Part shown: positions 12,358-23,620 of the stretch, in pieces
How the letters are laid out: the number at the start of each line of letters is the position of its first letter
Numbering within the stretch: the stretch's first letter is position 1
Assembly: GCF_021869535.1 (NCBI RefSeq)
Contig: NW_026262723.1
Span: forward strand, 88,722,001-88,786,000
DNA from: Mytilus californianus
Taxonomy: Eukaryota
Direction: 5' to 3'
DNA length: 64,000 nt
Notes under the pieces: model-generated
The model's input: the letters and a program-made list of their open reading frames with translations, nothing else
What the model was told of the DNA's origin: nothing
The model's database searches: none
Translations under genes and position numbers: made by a program

Positions 12358-12770
12358 AGATTCTTACATTGATACCAGTGGATTATCGGATTTATCCAAT
12401 CGAGATAGTTAAATTATCAATTTTAAAGTCCGAGCCTCGGCGAGGACTTTAAAATTTATAATTTAACTATCGAGATTGGATAAATCCGATAATCCACGAG
12501 TAACTATGTAAGAATCTGTTTCTCTAATGATTAAAAAATAAATTTCCTTTTTTGCTAAACTAAAATCTCCTTCGAGTGCCTTCCACTTTCCATAAAGTTG
12601 TCAATTTCATTAACACCTGTTAGCATATTTTGATGCATCCAGTGAGCTGAGAAAGGTTATGACCCTTGAACTCATCCAATCATCTTCTGAGATCACTGGC
12701 AACCACATGTTGATTAAATTTTTTTATACAATGGAAAGGGATAAATTTCCATAGAATTAGAGAAAACAGA
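12358..12770. mobile_element. Long-hairpin element H3 inserted in a family C HINE
   Basis: Arms 12358-12517, loop CCGAGCCTCGGCGAGG; module bounded by TCTGTTTCTCTAAT (12515) / ATTAGAGAAAACAGA (12756), CCAATCA at 12676. Confidence 0.65.
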
Positions 12771-13174
12771 TTAACTAAGTATTGTGCAACAGCTCTGTAT
12801 TGCGCAATAGCACAGTATTGCGCAATAGCAGGAAATTTTCAATTGAAAATAAATACAAATCTTTTAACCAATTTCAATGGGATTAAATTAAGTCTTTAAT
12901 TTTTGGGGGTTCTAACCTTGTATTACTATTTTGGATATTGGGCCCCATTTTTAAATTGGTCTACATTGAGGTCCAAAGGGTCCAAAATTAAACTTTGTTT
13001 GATTTCACCAAAAACTGAATTATTGCGGCTCTATGATATACTGAATCTTATTGTGCATTTAGATTTTTTATTTTGGGCCCTGTTTTCAAATTAGTCCATA
13101 TTAAGGTTTGAAGGGTTCAAAATTAAACTAAAATTGAATTTTTGGTGTTTTTTTTATATGCTGAATATAACCAT

Positions 13175-13680
13175 GTTTGTTACTCGTGCTGTGTGGATGC
13201 AGTAGAATGTGTCCCCGTGCTTGTGGTGTATGCCTTTATATTTTTCAATTATGGGTTGTTTGCCTGTGAGAGAGCTTTCACATGTTTATTATATCTTTGT
13301 TCTTAATTGTCAATTATATATTATGGTGTTTGGATGTATAAATACTCATCCACGCCTGCTATTTTTTGACTTGGATGGAGAGTTGTCTCATTGGCACTCA
13401 TACCACATCTTCTTATATCTATTTACTGCAGGGTTTGTTGCTCGTGCTGTGTGGATGCAGTAGAATGTGTCCCCGTGCTTGTGGTGTATGCCCTTATATT
13501 TTTCAATTATGGGTTGTTTGCCTGTGAGAGAGCTTTCACATGTTTATTATATCTTTGTTCTTAATTGTCAATTATATATTATGGTGTTTGGATGTATAAA
13601 TACTCATCCACGCCTGCTATTTTTTGACTTGGATGGAGAGTTGTCTCATTGGCACTCATACCACATCTTCTTATATCTAT
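13175..13680 (+). repeat. 258-bp tandem duplication ending in an abundant 55-bp terminal motif
   Basis: Copies start at 13175 and 13433 and are near-identical. Each ends GACTTGGATGGAGAGTTGTCTCATTGGCACTCATACCACATCTTCTTATATCTAT, a motif also present near 56765 and reversed near 58085. Confidence 0.85.
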
Positions 13681-13940
13681 ATGTTGTTAGATTTTGGATA
13701 TCAGACCATACTAGGTAAATTAAATGTCCCATTCATTTCAAATTTTTAAGATCTTTGACCACATTTATTTTGTGTCAGAAACCTATATTATGTCAAAAAT
13801 TTGATCACAATCCAAATTCAGACAGTATCAAGCTTGAATATTGTGATCAAACTTGCCCCAATCTGTATCATGCTGCGCTCGGCAAAGCATTTTATTTTTC
13901 ATTTTTTTGGTAAATTTTTGAAAGTTTCTTGGTAGGTTTG

Positions 13941-15304
13941 TACGGAAGCGTATTAGCGCCACACGTTTTTTTGTTTTATACTTCTTCCTTTGTTTGCGTT
14001 ATAACGCAAACCTTAACGCAAACCTTTGCGAATTAACGAAAACCTTTGCGTTATAACGCAAACCTTTGCGATATAACGCAAACCTTTGCGAAATAACGCA
14101 AACATTTGTTTTATTTTATTTCTTATTTAAGTTTCAAAGGAAGCAGCTGTAAATGGAGGAGGCTGCATATATTAAAATTTATCACCCTTTGTACTCATTG
14201 CAATGTTAAATGCTTGAGTGTTTAGCACACATCATTGGATAATAATGAGCAGGATAATACATGTATTTATATATATATATATATATTACAAAGAAAATTG
14301 AGTGAATTGATGTTATACCGAAGAAAATAAAAAATCAACCCCGCTAGTGTAGCCGAATTTAAGTATACTTCCAAAGTAAGCGCTCGTTTGAGCATTGTGT
14401 AAGGTTGGTTAGATTCAAACAAGCTACCCTTTTTCCATAAATGTATAAGATGAAGATGTTATTTTATTATAATTATGTTCTCTACATTCAAATTGCTACC
14501 CAAGCATCTTAAATAGCTACCTCACTAGATTGAAATTAAAATTCAATGACTTTTTTTAAAGAATCTTTATCATATTCTGAGATTTCAACAAACGATTTCT
14601 TACATCAAAAGTTAAAAAGAATGTTTTTTTTCTGAATAATAAATTTTAAAGCAGAAAGATCATTTTGTCTTTTTGACTTATAGTTTCACAATTGTATGAC
14701 ATTATTTTTGCTCTTATCTAGTTTACCACTTTCCGTTATTCAAAATTTTCAAAATCTTGGCCTTTCAATAAAATTTGCTTATACCATATCTATTTACTTG
14801 TTAAATTTATATAATCTTCTGATGCATAAACCATTTATTAATTTGTGTATAATTGCACTTCAAGTATTCCTTTATTTCTATGCATATTTATTACAATGAT
14901 TTGGCCTTGTGTTCATGGTTCTTCTCTTAACTAAATCACAGCCGAAATTTGATGACAGACGGACATGCAAATGCCGACATTCACAAAACACTGCTTTCAA
15001 ATTATATAATAAACATAAAATGTAAATTTAATATTATATATAGTTTTTTATTATTAAATATTCAAAACTTAATGAATAATTAAAATCAAAATGTTTTTGC
15101 GTCATAACGCAAATGTTTGCGTTATTTCGCAAAGGTTTGCGTTATAACGCAAAGGTTTGCGTTATAACGCAAAAGGTTTGCGTTATTTCGCAAAGGTTTG
15201 CGTTATAACGCAAATGTTTGCGTTATAACGCAAATGTTTGCGTTATAACGCAAACATAGGAAGAAATATAAAAAAAAAACGTGTGGCGCTAATACGCTTC
15301 CGTA
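13941..15304. mobile_element. Non-autonomous TIR DNA transposon, IS3EU-like (TAY..RTA termini, 6-bp TSD)
   Basis: TIR TACGGAAGCGTATTAGCGCCACACG at both ends; GGTTTG duplicated at 13935-13940 and 15305-15310; subterminal arrays of palindrome TTGCGTTATAACGCAA at about 13993-14105 and 15100-15256; no ORF inside. Confidence 0.8.
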
Positions 15305-16287
15305 GGTTTGTTTGTTATTCTGTATAAATTAATTTTCAGAATGCTATATATATATATATATTTATTTTATTTTTTATGAAGGGAACCCCTTTAAAAACTT
15401 AGCTAATATTGTCCATTGATAAATAAATAAATTAAATTCTTGGTGTACCAGTACTTGGATATTATGGTCCATTAATAAATAAATAAATTAAATTCTTGTT
15501 GTACTTGAATATGCTGAATCTAACCATGTATTTAGATTTTGGATATTGGACCATAAAAGGTAAAATCCAATTTCAAATTTTTCAGTTCTTTGACTACATT
15601 CAATCTGTGACAGAAGCCTATGCTGTGTCAAATATTTATTCACAATCCAAATTCAGAGCTGTTTCAAGCCTTAAGTTTTTGTGTTTTGGTCTGTTTTTCT
15701 TCAACTATAAGCAATAGATCAACTATATTTGTTGTATGGAAGGATTGTAAGGTGTATATGTCTGTCTGGCAGGTATCATCTGACCTTGACCTCATTTTCA
15801 TGGTTCATTGGTCAATGTTAAGTTTTCATGGTTAAGTTTGTTTCTTAGATACTATAAGCAATAGGTCAACTATATTTAATGCATAAATGTGAAAATAGTA
15901 TGAAAATTAGAGAAAAATGAATATGTAATTAGCAAAATATAGATACTACCATTACAACTACTGCAACGAGTGGTACATAAATCGGCTACAAATTGAAGAA
16001 AGCTCGATATAACATTGGTCATTCAATTTCGTTCAATTTTACCTCTTGATCCTTGGCCATGGTAAAACACTTGTAATGTTTATTTCGATTATAATTTTAA
16101 AAAACTTAAGAAAAAAGTATTTTGAAACGCGATTGTTCGGATAATTTTTGAAAAGCATCCAAATAGTTTTAATAAAAAAATTTTTTTTATCTGTTTTTAT
16201 TTGCCATTTTCACAATTATGAACATATCTATCCGTTATGATACATATTAAAGCATACACATGACAGAAACAATATTAATCAGTAATT

Positions 16288-16452
16288 GTACAGATATATC
16301 ATGATATCTTTTGATACATTGTACAGATATATCATGATATCTTTTGATACATTGTACAGATATACCATGATATCTGTTGATACATTGTACAGATATATCA
16401 TGATATCTTTTGATACATTGTAAAGATATATCATGATATCTTTTGATACATT
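16288..16452. repeat. 33-bp minisatellite x5
   Basis: Unit GTACAGATATATCATGATATCTTTTGATACATT, lying between family-E HINE fragments; explains ORF 16247-16528. Confidence 0.9.
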
Positions 16453-16990
16453 GATAAATGAATGAAACCAAGGTTAAGAAAAACTTTTCTGCAAAATTGA
16501 TTGTAAGGTGTACATTTCTGTCTGGCATGGTTCATCTGACCTTGACCTCATTTTCATGGTTCATTGGTCAATGTTCAGTTTTCTTGATTAAGACTGTTTC
16601 TTAGAAACTATAAGCAATAGGTCAACTATGTTTGGTTTATTGAATGATTGTAAGGTGTACATGTATTTTTCGTTTGGTTTATCTGACCTTGACCTCATTT
16701 TCTTGGATCATATTAAGTTTATGTGTTACTTGTAGTAAAGCTTTATATTTAGGACTATCAACATAAAATCAATGGTTAGTAAAGAAGGTGAGACATTTCA
16801 GCGTGTGCACTCTTGTTGCTCTTTAGTGACAATTTTGGGGTTTTGCCTATTATCTTGAAAACTAAAAGATAGGTAGACACTTTAAATAGCAAAAATTATC
16901 AGCAGGTCAAGATCTACAAAGTCAAGCATGGAAAAAATTGCCAGTTAAGTCCTTAATGGAGTTCTTGCTCTATAATAACAGTTTTGGGGG

Positions 16991-17721
16991 TTTTTGTCAC
17001 GCCTTGACAGAGTCAAAAAGCGAGAAATAGGTATGCTGTTTCCGGTGGCGGCGTCAACAATGTATTAGTTTGTGATTAGGTCTAGTTTATGGTAAACCAC
17101 TAGTGGTAGCTCAATGATATTTGGTATGCAGTTGTATAAGCATTGGCACATCATATTGACATGGAGATTATTTGGCCCCACCCTCTCAGTCATGGTCTAT
17201 TGGCTTTGAAACTTTGCTTAGTTTACATGTATTAGTTTGTGATTAGGTCAGTTTTATATGGGGAACCACTAGTGGTAGGTCAATGATATTTGGTATGCAG
17301 TTGTAGAAGCATTGGCACATCTAATTACCATGGAGATTATTTGGCCCCGCCCCCTCAATCATGGTCTATTGACTTTGAAACTTTTGCTTAGTTTACATGT
17401 ATTAGTTTGTGATTAGGTCAGTTTAAGATGAACCACTAATGTTAAGTCAATGATATTTGGTATGCAAATGTATTAGCATTTGCAAGTTTCATTTCCGTGG
17501 AAATCATATAACCCCACCCCCTCATTATGGTTCATTGACTTGAAATTTTTACACATTTTACAAGATTATGTTTGTGTTTAGGTTTAGCCCTGTACCTTCG
17601 GTCATGGTTCACTGACTTTGAATGTTTGCATAACTTACATGTTTAAGTGTTGCTATTTTAATTTCAACATTTGCATTATCAAAATAACAAATAGGCGAAA
17701 TATATCTCTGTGTTAACAGTT
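16991..17721 (+). mobile_element. HINE-like element with ~160-bp central repeats
   Basis: 5' TTTTTGTCACGCC, GGCGGC microsatellite, units ATGTATTAGTTTGTGATTAGGTC..., 3' AGGCGAAATATATCTCTGTG; short relative at 42731-42998. Confidence 0.6.
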
Positions 17722-19590
17722 TATTGCCTATTATCTTGAACACTATAAAAGATAGACAAAACTGATCAGCAAGACAAGGTCTAAAAATTAGTCAACAAAA
17801 CCAAATTCGTCAGATGACTCCTTATTGGAGTTATTGCACTTTACTGAAGATTTTTTACCAATTTTCAGGGTTTATGCCTATTATCTTGAAAACTATAATA
17901 GATAATAGTTTTAAATAGTAAAAATGATCAGCAAGACAAGATCTACAAGTAAGTCAACATGACCAAAATCATCAGTCAACTCAATGGAGTTCTCACTCTT
18001 TAATGATTTTTATCAATTTTGGAGTTTTGCCTATTATCTTGAAAACTATAAAAGAAAGACAAAAGTGACTAGCCAGACACGGTCTACAAATAAGTCAAAT
18101 TTTGCTGAAATCATTAATAGACTCTCACAACTCTTCCGATCTTTCCATCAATCAGAAGAAGTACACTTTTTTCTCAAGCTAATATCTTGACATCTTAAAA
18201 GAAAGAAAAATGTGACAGGGCAAGTACAGAATGTCAAGGGTTATCCCTTTCTATTGGAACAAAAATTATCGCACTCTTTACGATAATTATTGCCATTAAA
18301 TGACGATTTTTTTACTAATTTTCAAGTTTTTGCCTCTAGTTTTATCTTGAAAATTATAATAGATAGTTAGAAACTATTAAAAGCAAAAATTATCAGCAGT
18401 ACACGATCTACAAAAATGCATATACGACAGAAACCATGGGATGACTCCATATATGAGTTATTGCCCTTGAATGATGATTTTTGACAATTGTTTTAGTTTT
18501 TGCCTATCATCATGAAAATTATCATAGATAGTTAGAAACCGCAAACAGCAAAAATGATATACAAAATGCTAATATACCTGGGATGACTCCTTATAGGAGT
18601 TATTGCCCTTAAATGATGATTATTTTTTACTAATTTTGAGTTTCTAGAAACCTTATTGATAATTGAACTGTAAACAGCAAAATGATCTGCAATGCAAGAT
18701 CTACAAACAGATCAATATGCCAAACATATGGCAGGCTGTTCTACTTTTTATTCCAAATTCTAGATATCGCATATAATATATAAGATCTCATATAATATAT
18801 AAGATATCTTATATAATTTATTTTTATAAGATATGTTATAAACTTTATATGACATCTTATATACTTTAAAAGACTTTAGAAGATATCTTATATACTTTAT
18901 AAGATATCTTCTAATGTTTATAAGATATCTTATAAATATTTTTTATATAAGATTTCTTATATACTGTATAAAAGTTCTCATATAGTTTATAAGATATCTC
19001 ATATAATTTATAAGATATCTTATAAAGAAAATTATATGAGATATCTTAAAAATATAAATTATATGAGATATCTTATAAACTATATAAGATATCTTATAAA
19101 CTATATAAGATATCTTATAAACTATATAAGATATCTTATAAACTATATGAGATATCTTATAAAGTTTATTAGATATCTTGAAGTAAGAATAAATAGTAAA
19201 ACGGCTTGTCATACAAACATCATTTGAAGACTCCTTATAGGAGTTATTGCCCTAAAATGACAACTTTTCGAGTTTTTGCTTCTTACCTTGAAAACTATTA
19301 TAGATAGGTGGAAACTGAACAGCAAAAATGATCAACTATACAAGAACTACGAAAACGCCGTATGACCAAAACAATTGATTGATGTGTTATTAAAGTTATT
19401 GCCATTAAATTACGATTTATTTAATGATTTCCGTGTTTTTGCCTATTATCTTGAAAATATAATAGATAGGTAGGAAATGTAAACAGCAGAATGATCAGCT
19501 ATACATTGCTATACAAGATCTACAAAATTGTCATATGGCCAAAACCATTTAATGACTTCTTATAGTAGTTACTGCCTTTAAATCATTCGT
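17722..19590 (+). repeat. Degenerate ~150-170-bp tandem array (family A HINE core), interrupted by an AT-rich array
   Basis: Recurring TTTTGCCTATTATCTTGAAAACTATAATAGATAG...CAAGATCTACAAA...GGAGTTATTGCCCTT. Confidence 0.65.
18760..19185. repeat. 21-bp AT-rich minisatellite with palindromic core TATAAGATATCTTATA
   Basis: Unit TATAAGATATCTTATAAACTA, most homogeneous at 19055-19165; explains ORFs 18943-19212 and 19036-19227. Confidence 0.85.
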
Positions 19591-21198
19591 TAATTTTTGA
19601 CTAATTTTCCATTTTCCCCCCGATTATTTCAGTGTTTGACAGGTTTGGGCGATTTGTGCTCTTTGGGGCCTCTTTTTTTTTATTTGTAGTAGATACTGTT
19701 GGTTTTTTGGTTTTTTTTTGTTTTTTTTTTTTTTTTTGGGGGGGGGGGGGTCATGGTGAAAAAGATTGTAAAGCTTCCTGACAATTCATGTCAAATTATT
19801 GAAAATCAAAGATGTGGCCAAATTTCAGGACTGCTGTTGTGACTTTGACTTTTGACGAGAGTTATTAAGAACTGATTTATAACGAAACAACTATCTACCA
19901 GAGTAAAAAATGACATGGCAATTAAATTGTGAATTAAACAGCGTACTATAGTAGCTGAGTGGACAGTAGACAGTATCAAACGAAATTCAGGTGTTTGTTA
20001 ATTTTACTATATTCTTCAGTTGAAAAAAAAACGAATTAGAAAATTTAAAAAAATCCAGTTGGACATCTTGTCTCTACTCAGAATAAATGTTATGGTGTAA
20101 CAACGACTATTTTTGCCAAAGGGTTATGACGAAAAGTTTCAAGGTATAACTGGAACTAGTTTTATAAAAGTAAAATGCATTTTGTTTCATAAATTAAAAC
20201 CTTTTTAATTTTTTACTATTAATTTTGTTTTCATTCTTTGAAAAGATTGTAAAATAAACAAACTCAAGAACTTTTTTTGATACTGTCCACATAAATACAA
20301 CAAGAGTCAACAATGGACACTTATTTTTGGATAGACATTGAAAGAAATTGGTAAAAATTAGACGATTTATTTCCAGCAATAAAAGAAAAGACATACCTTA
20401 TTTTTAGTGTACAAATGATCATAAATGCCAGGTATTCAAACGCTGACATCAGTTTTGCTATACTATTATAACAACAGACCGATGTGAAATACATCACAGA
20501 AAACATGCAGAACACACCGCAGAAAAAAATATGTTTTACGTTTTCTTGCAGAGTAAGAAGTCACATTGATACTGGGAAGAATATGACTGTTTTTTTTTTT
20601 ATTTTCTAGCATTTCTTCTTGTCCTGTACTCATCGTTGTTGCATTTGAATACACTTTTTTAGTACTACGTATTGCATACAAAAAATTGGGCTATCAATTC
20701 AAGAACCTATGACTACTAGAATATACATCTTAAACCGTGGAAACAAAAGTAAAAGCTCTAACATATTTTTCAAGTTTTTCTTTGCAAAGACGTTTAACAT
20801 TTATTTTTATTACTGGTGAACGACTTTGAAAGGATTATGATAACAGACGGCCTTTCTGATTGGCGAACTCTCATCGATGGTTTACGTCAGTCTCTTATCG
20901 AAAGTCTTAAAACCATGCAGATGGCTAGGTTACTTTCCTAGAGGACATTATATCACTATTAAAGTGTTTCATATTAAGCATTTAACCATCTCTACGTTGC
21001 TATTGTTTGTTGTCTTTGCCATTTTGTTTCCATTCTTCTTTTATCACTCAACCAACATACTGAAATATATTAAAAGAGGATATCTGGTAAGGAAATCGAG
21101 AAAACCAACTGTCTCTTCATTAGCATATAATTCAAGAATTCATGGACAAAGTTGCCTTTATTAGAACTAATATGACCTCACTTTAAATATGAATCTTT

Positions 21199-22065
21199 TT
21201 ATTTTACAGTTATTTCAGAAGATTTCTTTGTTAAACGCCGAGCTATCATTTGTTGCTTCACAACACCTGAAAACGAAAGTTTGCATTCCTTCACAAAAGT
21301 CTGAATTTTCGCACCCATATCTACTTTTCTGATTCCATTACCTGGGAGCTTGTGTAAAGACTCGATACTTTTGACAATTTCACGAACAGATTTTTTGTTT
21401 TTACCTTCAACATACGCCGGCGACAATGACTTTTCCAAAAAAGAATACCTTGGATCGTTAGTTAGTCCTGGTATAGCGCCACCAAATTTACTGAACTTAT
21501 TTGTCTTAGTTAGTTTTGATCCTGTATGATAACCCATGGGCGTTGATGCTTTCAGAACGCGACATTCTGGTTTTCTTGATTGTGACGGCATAAAATGTAC
21601 AGTTCTTGCGCGTGAAGGAAGGTCTCTTTCTCCTATATCAAAAAATTCTTCACCATTAAAGCGACGTAATCTCATGTCACCTTTCTCTGACATCATCGAC
21701 TGTCGTGACACGGATGTTCCAAGACGACCTGGAGCAGACGACGCTGACATAACTCGTGCTTTCATTGCATTGATTCGCTTGACTTTCTTATCCTGAAACT
21801 GCTGTTTTTCAAATGTAAATCGTGCAAGAAATTTATAACGTTCATTTCCGAGTTCAAATAGTCTGGATCTGAGCAACCGTTCCTCTGTAACATTCTCTGG
21901 GAGTATTCCCGACATTCTAGAATCCTTATGACTACTACGATTCATAAAGTCATCAAAATCACTCTCTCCTTCACGTTTGTGTTTTTCATTTATCCAGTCT
22001 TCAATATCTTTCATCACACCTCTTTTTCTAGTCTGCAAATTGTGATTTTTCATTATTTTACTCAT
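21199..22065 (-). CDS. Uncharacterised basic protein (288 aa), single coding exon
   Basis: 867-bp open frame in AT-rich DNA; first ATG at 22065 (the track start is TTG); acceptor TTTTTTTAG on - strand at 22192 gives a 5'UTR intron; AATAAA (TTTATT at 21157-21162) about 40 nt after the stop; protein-like composition with a coiled-coil segment. Confidence 0.8.
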   Translation of the reverse strand: MSKIMKNHNLQTRKRGVMKDIEDWINEKHKREGESDFDDFMNRSSHKDSRMSGILPENVTEERLLRSRLFELGNERYKFLARFTFEKQQFQDKKVKRINAMKARVMSASSAPGRLGTSVSRQSMMSEKGDMRLRRFNGEEFFDIGERDLPSRARTVHFMPSQSRKPECRVLKASTPMGYHTGSKLTKTNKFSKFGGAIPGLTNDPRYSFLEKSLSPAYVEGKNKKSVREIVKSIESLHKLPGNGIRKVDMGAKIQTFVKECKLSFSGVVKQQMIARRLTKKSSEITVK

Positions 22066-23004
22066 TTTGATGACTTTCGGGTATTTGAACAATTCTGTGT
22101 TTTGTTCTGTTTGATATAATTTTATGGCGTAAGATTATCTACACGCCCATCACATTAATCCTTGGAAGCTATGTGTTCATGATGTAATTTCCTAAAAAAA
22201 CAAAACTAATAAATTTAAATGAAAGTAAATAAACCTGCACATACAGCGGTTGTTAGTTTGATATCATCTCCTGTCTTGTTTGCTTATAAAGTATCGTCAT
22301 TTTTTGTAAATTACTTTTAACATTAATCATGCACCTCAATGTACAATCATTAAAGTTGCAGAAGAGAGTAGTTTATAAGACAAATTAATGAGTTTAAGTT
22401 CAGCAGTTAATTGATAGATGTACTTAGTATTGAAATTAGTTTTATACCCGACATAAAAGAGCCATTTGCTTGCTTCAGTCATCATGGGGAAGTCATTCAA
22501 TGTCTTACCGATTTTTGAATAAATCCATTCCATCAAGGTTTTTTAAAAGGCATGAGAAAATTCTCCTACACAGACATGACAGAAATATATTTGACATCAT
22601 TTAACTTGTTATCTTTATTAAAATCAAACATTGTCAAAAACACAATGGCGAGTAAATGGTCTTTTTGTGTATATAACTTAGATCAGGGTACGCAAAGACA
22701 AAGGCAATCTTATACTTTTGACATAATTATCTTTTAAACTTAATTAAATGATTAAGTAATTCAAAATGTATGTCCAACTGGAGGTCTCATACTTTAAAAA
22801 TCAACATCTGTCTATTTTTGTAATCTCGTACGTGTTGTGTCTTGTTGCATCGACGTTACTCCAACATTCTTTTTATAAATATATAATGTATGTTTTCATT
22901 AAGAATGATGTATGGCTATATTAAAGCTTAAATAAAAAAAAAAATATAAACAATATCGCCATCAAGCGGAAGTATACTTGTGAACGAGGCTCCTGTTGGA
23001 TTTT

Positions 23005-23620
23005 TACCTCGTCAATTTGTTGATATATCAGTCGTTTGTATGTCAGTCTAGTCATACCTCGTCATTTGTTGATGTGTCAGTCTAGTCATACCTCGTCATT
23101 TGTTGATGTGTCAGTCTAGTCATACCTCGTCACTTGTTGATTTGTCAGTCTAGTCTTACCTTGCCACTTGTTGATGTGTCAATCTAGTATTACCTCGACA
23201 GTTGTAAATGTGTCAATTTAGTATAAACTCGTCAATAGTTGATCTGTCAATCTTACCAACCAACTTGTTGATGTGCCAGTCTAGTCTTACCTCTCCACTT
23301 GTTGGTGAGTCAGTTTAGTCATACCTCATGACTTGTCGATATGTCACTTCTCATTTGTTAATGTGTCAGTTTTTCAATTTCATTTGTTGATGTGTCAGCC
23401 TAGACTTAACTCGTCACTTGTTAATGTGCAGTCTACTCTTACCTTCCCTTTTTGTTTGTGGACCAGTCTTAACTCATCACTTCTTGATGTGTCAGTTCAG
23501 TTTACCTCGCAACTTGTAGATTTGTCAGTTTTGGCTTACCTCGCCAATTGTTGATGTGTTAGTCTAACTTTATCTCGCGACTTGTTGATGTGTCAGATAA
23601 GCCTTAACTTGCCACTTGTT
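23005..23620. repeat. 34-bp minisatellite, about 17-18 units with a divergence gradient
   Basis: Unit CCTCGTCATTTGTTGATGTGTCAGTCTAGTCATA; near-identical at 23055-23160 and decaying rightwards. Confidence 0.85.

Larger units (their letters stand above)
7855..13905 (+). mobile_element. Cluster of HINE-like family C copies (about 7855-9140, 9436-11912, 11913-13905) carrying nested insertions
   Basis: 5' TTTTTATA(C/T)GACTGCA, GTC microsatellite, ~165-bp units (TTTCCAGACAATAAC..GGATCTCT..AGGGGCCAAAA), ~32-bp ATTGCGCAATAGCAAGAAAT array at 10980-11190, 3' TGCGGTCGTAT sub-TIR at 11876. Confidence 0.65.

Noticed and set aside
13335-13365. Hammerhead-like motif on the minus strand of the 258-bp unit
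   Set aside because: GGATGA instead of CTGATGA and no GAAA after stem II.
13209-13718. Twin 83-84-aa ORFs
   Set aside because: They arise from the 258-bp repeat duplication; TTG/non-supported starts and no coding signature.
16247-16528. ORF with QCIKRYHDISV repeats (and YMRYLIN repeats at 18943-19227)
   Set aside because: Translations of minisatellites.
20321-21164. Short ORFs downstream of the 288-aa gene (for example MSTGQEEMLENKK)
   Set aside because: No homology recognised and no convincing splice partners.
23005-23620. CRISPR-like appearance of 33-45-bp repeats (also 16288, 35222, 59276)
   Set aside because: Head-to-tail units without unique spacers, no cas genes, eukaryotic context.
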